Positions 1 through 11,880 of a DNA stretch of 64,000 nt are shown here, piece after piece. The first letter of the stretch is position 1. Every line of letters starts with the position of its first letter. Source of the stretch: Lingula anatina (taxonomy: Eukaryota; Animalia; Brachiopoda); contig CM120649.1 in assembly GCA_051362555.1 (NCBI GenBank), positions 1,798,001 through 1,862,000 on the forward strand, read 5' to 3'. Below the pieces are notes generated by a model. The model was not told the DNA's origin. It searched no databases and was given only the letters and a program-made list of their open reading frames with translations. The position numbers were made by a program, and so were the translations under genes.

Positions 1-2647
1 ATAACTGCCGTTTTTGTGGTTAAACAGAATATATTTTATTTCTGTGAGTTATTCACTAGTTTTTTTGTGAAATATAGATCTCATATGATAACAGTGATAT
101 ATATCTCGGTGGTTCTGGTGGAGGGTACAGAGCTTCCTCTCAAATATTTGTTGTTCATGTTTGGCCAGGAATCCAATGGACGATTACCTTGGTTCAAACT
201 TTGAACAACCGTCTTTGGAATTTTAAGAAAGGAATAATGTCATTTGTTGAAACTATTTCAATGAAATTAAGAGCAAATTTTATTTCAAGTGATTTCATCA
301 TACATTTTTCGCTGCAGACTATAAGGCAAATTTATTTGAAATTTATTGACATTCTGCGGGTGTGCTAATGGACGCTTGTGGATCCTGCATGTATTTTCTC
401 CGGCACAAATGGATTATATACGCATTTCTGCTACACAAAGAATCAGTGAGGATTTACAAAACCTGTGTCACGATTATCACAAAGCATACTGTGACACTGG
501 CGATGCATTCTAATAGTTTTAAAAGGGCAGTTATCTGTATGAAACAAATGTATGTGTCTAAGGTTAACGAATAGATATTCATACTTTTTGCCCTGTAGTA
601 GAGCTTGGTCCAATAGCACTAAAAACAGCTGTATCTACACCCAGCAATGTTTGTTCCTATGGTCAGAGACAAAGCCAGGTTTTTGTCCAATGCTTTTAAA
701 ATCGGGAGACTTGAAAACCTAACGGTTGTTCGGTTTCGAAGCCTTATTAAAACGGGAATGAAGTAATTATTTTCTTTAAATGTAAAAAAGCCGATTCAGA
801 TAAATGGTAGTTTTAACTTTCTGTGGTACTTTCAGCATGTATAATTAGATGTTCGGTGTCTCATTTGTCGCCTTTATGTGAAGTGTGGTTAGAATTAACA
901 TTCTAACCAATTCTAAGAGTGTTTAGTACCAGAAGTGGTCCCCTTAGTTTCAGATTTCCTCATACGTGGGTCATAATAAATTTTGGTGAGTTATAGCAAG
1001 AAGAATAAACCATTTAATGCTTGGTGAACAATGTTTATTTATTCTTTTGAAAGGCCAGATGTAACTTTTCCACATTTCAAATCTTGGAATATATTTCATC
1101 GTGCGATAGAACAATCAAATTTACAAATTTAATATTTTATTTGTCGTGAAAGTAGTTTTGAAGAGAATCATGCTTTAAATTTGTATGAATGGCATGGAAT
1201 ATTGATATGTTTACACGTAGTTTGTATTTTCTCACCCCTAATATCTGTTAGATTTGGTCTCTGGAATACAAAGTACTGCTGAACTGTAATATAATCAGTT
1301 TTTATTATCATTATTATTATTATTATCATTATTATTATTACATTATTTTTGTGTATTTTACTGACACACACTTTACAAGTAGCAGTAACATAGCATTCTT
1401 TTTACTTCAACTCTTTCATTTATTTTGTTATGGGGGGGGGGGGGCAGCGTCATTTCGGTTTTTGTTGCGTCCTTTTGGTGATTATTTATTCATTTATTGA
1501 CTTGCATATTCATTGTTTGTTTGTTTCCTGCAAAATAGGCATTAATCGTTTTTGTGAGGTCGATGCTCTCCCTCCCCTCCGTTGATTCCTTTGCCATTAC
1601 AATGCAAAAGTTGCCTTGACGGAAGTACAATAAAACGTCGAACTCCACAAAAGTTGGGTTTTCCCATAAAGTGAAGAAGGCATTGCACAGTTACACATCA
1701 TATAATTATATTCATGTATAGCTATCCAGGGAATAATCTTTATTCCTGTAATATAAAAATAACAAATACTGACATTTTAGCGTTTAACACATATGAAAAA
1801 ATCAAAACAGTATACCCAAATGTTGTTACATATTTTACCATTGCAACCATCTCACCTATTTATAAGTGATGCTTGTTACCATGCGACTGATGTTATTACT
1901 GATACATTGGTGAGCTGTGCTCAGCACCAAAATAAAACACGCTGAGTGAGGTCGCGGTGTGACTGAATGTTCAGGGAGGTTAAGCTTTAATTTTGTATAG
2001 AAAGTGAAAGTTAAAACTTATGATTATTATCAATATACTACATAGATGAAAATTCTTAACTAGCATTTGAAATACTTAATGTTATGCATAATATGATAAA
2101 GCTTTGATTTATACAATGTGAATCAGTGTATTTTATGTCTTATTATTGTTATTTTGATTAAATAAAATCCCATAGACAAATTATTCTTCACATGTAAATT
2201 TACAGCAAACAAAAAAGAATGTGATCTAAAAGCCCTGTGATTCCATGGCAGAGTTTCAGTTTCATCTTTTCTGCCACGTTTACAGTATACATCTTATATA
2301 AGCTACCAAGCTGAGCACGATGTTAGCGTTATCAGCACCCAAACTTGGTGACATGTTAAATTACATTGGGCGCTCTGTAAAAATGATGAATCACGCGCAC
2401 GCACAGGCAACTGCAACGGTTTTGCCATGAGCATTTGGTTTCAAATTGCAATGCTCCCGAAAAAGAGAATATATTGCCATATTGCATTATTTCTGTGCCT
2501 CGTAATCTGCGATTTTTTTCAAGAAAATGTGCCCGATTTAGTTTAAATATTGTCATACATGTATGATGATGTTAAAATCTGAATATCTCATTTTATTCCA
2601 GCATAGAAGTGCTATAGAAGAGTACTTTATCCAACATCAAATATTCT

Positions 2648-5600
2648 ATGATGGGATTGTCCTGTCCGAGCCTTGTTCAGGCCTTGATGGCGTTCGTCTT
2701 TCTCAGTAAAACTCAGCTGAGTCAAACTTGTAAGTGTATAGAAACCAACTCAACATCCAAGTTCATGTGCCGTAGCATGTTTGCAATTCTGAGATCCGAT
2801 GTAAATTTTTGTTTCAGCATTTTGGTCTCAACATTGCTTGTTTGCAATGATTATATGCCATGTTTTTATGGATCTTTTCAAGTCTACTCGTTCCCACCTT
2901 TCTGCGGAACGCAATCCAGGCTGCGGTATACTATATGAACCTCTCATAGTTAGTATTCACAATATTCAGCACTACTTTTACCATATGATCAGGTCTTTAA
3001 TTCAATCTCAATATGCCAGGTGCTTTATCGATCATGCAGCAGCCACTATTATAATAGTCTACGGTATGACCAGGCCAGGGGGATCAAACTACATGACTTT
3101 TTGCACCAGAATGGAGCACGCCGTGCGGACAACTTATATATCATTTAGGCATGCTCCAGGTGTACAAGCCATAATCGTGTGAAAACGATAACCTATGCAT
3201 GATCGCTATATGCAAATTGATTGAGTAAAAAAATAAATTAAACTATATGTGTGAAATTATAAAACATGCCTGGTATTTATAATGCCTTGCTACATCTATT
3301 TTCAGACAATTGCGAGGATGACAGTTGCTATAATGGTGGGTTTTGCATAGATAATCCTGACGCTCCGTCTGGCTTCCAGTGCATTTGCTTCTCTTCCTCT
3401 TTCGGAGAGAGATGCGAATTTAGTAAGCAATACATTTGTTACACTTACTGTCGTCCTTTGTGGACAACATGAAATAGTTATGTACAGCAAAATGTAAGAA
3501 AGCATGTTTATTTTTGCAACAATTGATACCATACCATATGCTTCATTTAATACAATTTATCTATTAGCAGCGTGTCTTCTTCTGTTTGTCAGACATTTTA
3601 TTCATCTAGTGAGTTTTAATTTTTACTGCAAAATGAACAGTATGTCATTTCGTTTGATGGCACGGAGTGGTCCATTGTGAACACAGCATTCACAACATCA
3701 TCAACATCTTATTCTGAAGAGAAAGAAAAAAGTTGAACAAAAATACGCAAAAAAGTACCAGGTTGATATTCTGTGCAAAATAAATTCCATAGATATTGGT
3801 TGTCCTGCCTTATTAAATGCTTAAATTGTAAGAATTGAAATATCTCAACTGAAAGAGCGCGCAAAGCATGTATAAGCCTAGCAACATCCTCATTTCAGGT
3901 CCTTGCCTCATGGGTAACTGCAAGAATGGCGCAACGTGTGCAGTTAATGCTACAAATTTTCTATCGTTGTGCATTTGTCCCGAGGGTTATTACGGAAGAG
4001 AGTGCCAAATAGGTAAGCCGCTCCTTTCTAATACTGCATACATTGTGTATCTCGGTATTGACAGATAACAAGTAATAGCTAAATTACAAAACAGATTTAC
4101 TAGATTGACGCCAGAAGATAATAACAATTCCAATTAAAGGTATCATCTTTAGACTGATATTAAGTGATAATATGACATTAGATATCTCTTTATAAACTAT
4201 AATACCATATTTAAACGATTAGGTGGAACTCATGAAAACAGGTCCTGTGGCTTTGGATATCTGGGCCCGGTTTCAATAAGGATGGATAGCGCTAGCCTTT
4301 GGATAAAATGTCTGCAATGTGCATCCTATGGATAGCGCTATCCAGAGAATAATGCGTTTTTATCAACATTGGATAGCGTTATAAGTGCTTATCCAAATGA
4401 TAAAGATGTCCCCTCAAAGTAGGTGCAGTTAAATCATCAAAAAAAAAAAAAAAATGACGCAGTAAACCCTAGTTGTTTTTGCTATTGATACTTTGAATGA
4501 TACTGAGTCCATTGATAATATATCATAATATATCAAATTGACTGATTTAGTCTAGTGAGATTTTTGAAAAAATGCTCTGCATAAGAGGCAAGGGGCATTT
4601 TGGGGTAAAAGTTGGGAACCAGGCTTATTAGCGTAATTTTGGAATGCTGATTCCAATTAACCCGGTTCCCAAGCGAAATTTTGCGTTTTTAACGGTCTAA
4701 TTTGCAAAAAAAAAAAAAAAAAAAAAATAGCCGCCAGATTTCCTATTTTCTGCAATATCTCTGGAACTAGACAGTCAAATATGACAAATGAAGTGTCTTT
4801 AACTATATTTTCAGGGTCGAGGAACATTATTAAGATGTTTCTGTTAAAATTAGATTTACGCAATTTTCCTAAATATGCAAATTAGGATCGCCATTACTGA
4901 AAAACCGTTTTACTTCTGTATTTCTGTAACTAGGCAAGCAAACATGACAAATGAAGTGTGTACACTTATGTTCTCAGGGTCAGGGAATGTGATAAATCAG
5001 ATGTCTTGTCTGATGGGTAGCACTGACTTTGTGAATCGTGTCCGAGTAGCACCTTTTATTGCTTCTTCCCTGTATCTGTCAAACACTAGTCAATCTGCTG
5101 GTAGTTAGAACCTGCCTTCAGAACTGCTTTTATGTTCGTGTCGGCCGAACTACCAAAGGTCACTGCATTGTCAGGCTTTCCCAGTGAAATTGCCAGTTCT
5201 TGCCAATCAATTATAAGGCAAGGTGAGCAGAGGCGGATCCAGGATTATTTGAAGGGGGGGGGGGGGGTCCGCAGATGCAAAGCCTTCCCCTCCCAATTGG
5301 CAACGGGTTAGGGGCCTGTTGAAGGACCACGAACAATTTTGGTACATAAGAGGGCGAACGGTGCCATTTGATTATGGTTTACAACTATGATTCAGCTAGT
5401 CAAAATTATAATTTCAAGTGGGGGACAAGAATTCGAAGGGGGGGGGGGGTCAGAGCCGCTTGGTTAGGAGTCATTCAGTTTAATTTCATCAGGGTAGAAT
5501 ACGTCTTCTGTTAACCTTTCTGTTACAGATTTGGTCTCAACGAAATCGTTTAGAAGCTTGAGAAACTGCTCAGACTTGCAATTAACACAGAAATGTTTTC

Positions 5601-8600
5601 CGTATCGTCAATCATTTAATTGGATTCAATAGAACATCAGAAGATTAAAGTTAAAATCCAAGAACTTTTGTTAACGCGTAACTAGTAATAAGCTAATGGA
5701 AAAATCGCCGAAATGGATGAGGTGAGATGTCATCGTGTACTTTAAGTATACACATACATATTGACATTTAATATGGAATATTTTAGTTCAAAAACAAAGT
5801 GTTGATAATAGATTAACTTTTTTAGAAATATTGATCACATACGACAATTGTGATCAGGTATATGTCTAGCCAGGTGTGTTGGTTATTGTTCATTAGACTG
5901 CTTTCTCTGAAGCGCGGTTATATTACGTAATATATGGCAGTTTCTCTGAGCAGTCCTCTTTGGCTGGTTACATAATATAAAAGGGCAGCAGTTCTGCAGA
6001 ATAAGTCTGTATTTTTTTGCAACGTCCAGTCAAATAGCTTGATATTTTGCAGACTGTTTGCTGACCTTACGGAATGTGAACAAACGGCAGCAACTTGCCA
6101 CACTATTGTTGCATTATACCAGAATGGACTGAAGCAAACTGCTATTGCCAGACAGCTGCATGTGTCCCAGGGAGCAGTTTCTAATGTCTTACAGAAACAC
6201 GCTCAGACTGGTACATTAACACAGAGACCACGCCCAGGACGTCCTTAAATCACCACCAGAAGGGAAGACCGCTTGCTTCTGCGGTTATGTCGCAACAACT
6301 GGACAAAGACAAATCTTGCTGTAAAAAATTGAGTGGCAAATTACCATTCAAAAGCATGTTTCTAGAACTCTAGTGAATGCAAGGCTACTTTTAGTTGGTT
6401 ACCTCTATTAACAGAGCAATGCCAACGTCTGCGTCTGTGGTGGGCTAGACACCATTTGCGGTTCCAGGCACAGCAGTAGGTTCATGTAGATTTTTACAGA
6501 TGAGGCAGGGTTCGAGTTCCACCACCGTGATGGCTGAATCAGTCAGTAGGCTTCCAGAGGAGTTACTGCACGAGGATTGTGTCACACTACAGTGACTTGT
6601 GGTCGTGGCAGTATCTGTGTATGGGCCGGTTTCCACGCTGGAGCCAAAACAACATTGATGGCAATTGATGAAACCCTCAACCAGATAAAAATAAAGGGAC
6701 ATTTTAGAGAATACTTGCTTGCAATTTGCAAGAGGGTATTTCCAGGACAAATTGATCTTGCAAGATGACAATGCCCGACCACATCGTGCCCATGCAATAA
6801 CTGCTTTTCTGCAAAACCAAGAGGTAAACAAGTTGCCTTGGTCGACGGAATTCCCCTGACATGGGGAAGAGTTGAAAGCGACATGACTCCCAAGGTCACG
6901 TCAGCTTCGTTTATAAGGCTTTACTTACATGTATTCAGCTGCGAAAATCACACGCCATGCCTATTGTTTTATAACATTGTCATTTGAGAGACGAACGCGA
7001 CATCAATTTCGCAAATGTGGAGTTCAGTAAGTGGCGAAAGAGACACAGCCATGTCATTTTCGGCTCTCAAAGCTCTGTAGAAAAAGGCGAATTCGGCATA
7101 GGCCTTATCGTTTTCGCATGTAAAGGGGCGTCTATATGACGCACGCGTAGGCTCCTATGGGCCATGGTAGATAACAAGTGTTTTTTCATCCATTACTAAT
7201 ATATGGGAAAAATTAAAGAACATCTGTTTGAAAAAATCCATTTAAATGTCAAGTCCGTACATTGCATCACATGAATTACTTGCTTCTGCAAATCCCTCCA
7301 TTGCATTAATAAGGAAATCATTTTTTTAATCTAGGTAAAAGGGGCAGTTGTGTGATCCAATATGTTTACATCCCAATGGCAGCGCAGTATTTAATTGCAA
7401 AATTCAATTCAGATTCGAATAATTGCTACAGTGTGACAGTGTAGCACTCATTGCTGTTTTGATTATAGTGACAATGTCTTAACCACTTTCCCTAACGCTG
7501 AAAACATAGGTGTGGGCACTTCATATGTCATGTTTGCTTACCTAGTTAACGAAAGAGTAGTTCTGAAGGCAGGTTCTAACTGTCAGCAGATTGACTTTTG
7601 TTTGAAAGATACAGGGAAGAAACAATAAAAGGTGCTACTCGGACACGATTCACAAAGCCAGTGCTACCCATCAGACAAGACATCAGATTTATCACATTCC
7701 CTGACCCTGAGAACATAGGTGTAGACACTTCATTTGTAATGTTTGCTTGCCTAGTTACAGAAATACAGAAGTAAAATGTTTTTTCAGTAATGGCGATCCT
7801 AATTTGCATATTTAGGAAAATTGCGTAAATCTAATTTTAACAGAAACATCTTAATAATGTCCTCGACCCTTAGTCGAGTAGCCAGAACGCTAACCCTGCA
7901 ATGTTTTTTCCTGTAAACTTTTTTCGCTGAAATGCATTCTTTTGCTCGAGAGAAGCAAAATTAGCTTGGTTGCTATTTCCGAGACCTTGAGCATTTTTCA
8001 ATATGGCCGTCAATTTATGAGAAAAAATAGAAAAACGAGCAGAAGTCGCCGGGTAAACATTATTGACAGCTTTTTCGAACGTGTATCCTATCAGGAGAGC
8101 ACAACAGTACTAGTGAATACAATTAAGCCCGTTACATATAGCAAAAAAGCCAAAATGGCCGTCAAAACATATGGCAGAAAGTAAAAACAGCTGCAAAATA
8201 AGTTCGTTTTTTGCAAATTAATTCTTATTAAAAACATTTCCGCCGTTTCTATTTATGTCAATTATGATAATTTGTTAGTCATGATCCTAAACTCTCAGAA
8301 ACAGCTTATTTGACATTAATCAGATGGTGGCAGACGGTGCCATCTCCTGAGAGTCCATTTGCCACTCCGACGAGCCCCATAGTCAAAGCTTGCTATGTTA
8401 TATCTTGCAAGCTGTTTTAAAATAAATTGTTTCATCTGGGTTAGAGAAGCTTATAAGCTTGATTTTATTTGCCAGTTGATACGTAGGAGATATTGACAAT
8501 TTTTCAAAATTCAAGATGGCCGTCAATTTGTTATGTGAATAGCGAGAGCCATACATTCAAATAAAAAAAATTAATGCTTCACTCCATTGTTCATTATTGC

Positions 8601-11600
8601 ATATTTATATTTATATCCATGCAAAGTGCGATCATTTATTTCATTTTTGCAAGTTATTTTAATAAAAATGGCCTCTAAAACATAATGGAAGGGCAAAGAA
8701 ACAACTGTAAAACTACAAGGCTTTTAACTGAAATAGACTTTAACTGGAACAAATATAAATTCATATATAAAGTGAAAAACGATATACCTGCGTTCAAGAC
8801 ACATCACACAATAAAACATATTTTTAGGTTAAATGATACAAACAAGGAAAACCAATATGTCCGTCAATGCTGCTCTATGATCAATCCAAACATGTGTAAA
8901 CTAAATCATTTTGAAATAAAAAAAGGCGTCAAATCGTTTTCTTCAAGTTGGATTATTCTTATCCTTTTCTTGTAAACGTTTTAAATATTTTAACAGCGAT
9001 GGGTAAAGGCATTTTTGTTGTTTAACAATGAATTTTATTATAAATAACCGAGATCCAAGCAGGGGTATACAAACCCAGAGGTTAGGGCCCATGAAGTCAG
9101 CTATTTTGGACAACGTGACATAGTACGGGGATATGCGAGGGTTATCCATCGACATCATGTATTCGAAATGTTGTTTTTGCCAATATATACTTACAGATAA
9201 TGGAAACCTTGAGATAGTAATGTATGCATTTTCTACTTGTAGGGCAGATGTAATTATCCATTGTGCATTTATTGATGACTTAGTACTCGGGCAGTTAAGA
9301 TAATGATGAGTTGTCATGTTGCCATGGTTCATTGCTCATGGGTAAGCATTTTTTTTTGCAAAAATGGACCAAATACACATTGAGCAATACTCAGTGGGCA
9401 TCTGCACATTTTGAGGATTGGTTTTGGAGGCCTGTAAAGGCCCAAAAAAGGTCACCCATGTTGTTAGTCCAGTGAACGGAATCATGCCATGTCTATCATG
9501 TGAACAACTTACATCTCTGGGCACTGGGTGTGAGGGGAGTCTGATTTGAGCTATAATGTATGGGCTGTTCCCACCCCACAATCAGGAACCTGGTTGAATG
9601 CCTCAACATGCCAGGCTCTGTTAGCGATATACCGCAGCCAGGGCGAGAGAGTGTCAACTCCAGACCAGGATCGCTACACCAGGTTGCATCAGCTACGGGA
9701 GCAGTTTCGCCATGTCAGTCGTACAGTACAAGAAGCCCCCGGCAGGAACAACAACCGGAGCAGCAGCCCCACTGTACGTCGACGCTTGCTGGCGGTCAAC
9801 CGATGGTGGTCGTTGTTGGCAACATACCAGTAACTGCTCGTCACTACGTAGATCAGATCCTGCAACCTCACATAACCTCGTTAATGCAGCAGAAAACTGA
9901 TATCACCTTTTCCCAACAGGACATGACCCGTTCACATTCGGGGTAGGACATCCACCCCTGGGATGGATGTCCTACCCCGGCCTGTCTATTTTCCGGATAT
10001 GAATCCGATTGAACATTTGTGGTACTACATATATCTTGTCCGTCCGTTGTCCAAGGCAGCAGCTGGTCGAGGCACTACGACAAGGCTGGAATAGGATTCC
10101 ACACGACACCATCCCATCCACATTTATTGCCCGAGCATGCGCCAACAGATCGCCGCCTGCATCGAAGCAAGCGGAGATCGTACCGGCTATTGGCCGTTGT
10201 GACTTTGTGTTGGGCTGGTGCCATTTTTGTTTTGAAACTATTCATGAAACTTAAGATTTTTGGTTCTGTATACAATGTCCTAAACAAATTATTCATATGA
10301 AAATAATCCAGTTTAGAGCTTCAAAATAACAATTATTTTGAAAAATATGGCCTCAAAGATTTTAATGGCTGTCAGTATATAACCAAAAGATTTGTAAGAT
10401 GTTTTGCTTATTAACTCTTAAAAATGCAAAGTTAAAAAAGTGCAGTAATAAGAAAAACTAGAAATACTGTCATATACTGATGAAATATTCTTACACGTGC
10501 AAATCTCAATAAAAAGAATGGGAAGTTTTAAAGCTAAATTTTATGTACATACTGAAAAAGTTATGATAAAGATATAAAATTGAAATATTAAGGTATGATC
10601 AATTTAAAAACAAAAACGAAAAAAAATAATAAGATTAATATTTTTACAAAAGTTAGATTAAATTACGCTCACCCCCCCTCCCACCCCGTCCCCACCAACG
10701 GACTTGGTTGGACTCCATGTAAATATAAGAGTCCCGATTGCAGATGAACATTTTGGACTGTGCCCAAATTCCTGAAGAACCCCCTGTTGGCCCTTGATAA
10801 ACTTTCTGTATTAAAAAGAGAACTTACGTAATGGTCAATCCTATCAATTATCCTCTTTTATAGAGTCTTCGTATAACTGTACCTTACAAGTTCACTTTGT
10901 CAATAAATAACAGGGTTAGATATATTTTATTATACGCCGAATTATCAGTTTAAAACGTAATTTAACTGCTTTTTACCTTTTTGGGCATGTTTTAGCGGTC
11001 ATTTGAAATGCGGAATATCATGCACTTTAAACCCGACTCTTTGATATGTTACACAATTATTTATTTATAATATAATGATATTATAATATATTTTTATATT
11101 ATTGACGGCCATCTTGAATTTTGAAAATTGATCAATGTTCCATATCTAGCCACTGCCAAGAAAGCCCAAATTAAATTGGCTTTTATACCCCCAAAGTGTT
11201 AAATTCTTTTTAAAAATTCAGGGAATAACATTCTAAGTATTTGACTATGGGACCAGGAGAAGTAGCAAACAGACTCTTGGGGGGTTACTGAACTGTCAGA
11301 TAAGCTTATTCCAAGAGTTTCGGGTCATGACTAACAAAATATTATAATTAACATAAATATAAAAAGGGGATATGTTTTTATAAAAATAAATATGCAAAAA
11401 ACAAACTAATTCTGGAGCTTTTATCATTTTCTGCCTTATGTTTTGACGGCCATTTTGGTTTTTTGCTTAGTGGTACGCGATTAAGCGTATTCACTAGTAC
11501 TGTTGTGCTCTCCTGATAGGATACACGTTAAAAAAAGCTGTCAATAAAGTTTACCCGGCGACTTCTGGTCGTTTTTCTATTTTTCGTCATAAATTGACGT

Positions 11601-11847
11601 CCATATTGAAAAAAGCTCAAGGTCTCGGAAATAGCAACCAAGCTAATTTTGCTTCTCTCGGCCTGAAGAATGCATTTCAGCAAAAAATGTTTACAGGAAA
11701 GAAAATTGCAGGGTTCGACTATTGGGCCTATGGAAGTGGCGACTCAACTACCTGAAAATATAGTTAAAGACACTTCATTTGTCATATTTGCCTGTCTAGT
11801 TCCAGAGATATTGCAGAAAATAGGAAATCTGGCGGCCATTTTGTTTT

Positions 11848-11880
<33 letters not shown>

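Noticed and set aside
2730-3182. ORFs extending past the signal exon (2648..2938, 2838..3182, and similar at 18903, 23657, 54661)
   Set aside because: They read through a conserved GTAAGT donor and their frames are not conserved between paralogues; intron sequence.
5226-5460. G-run segment (gcggatccagga..gggggg) as a G-quadruplex regulatory element
   Set aside because: Looks like the end of a common non-autonomous repeat inside element Y; homopolymer lengths are unreliable.
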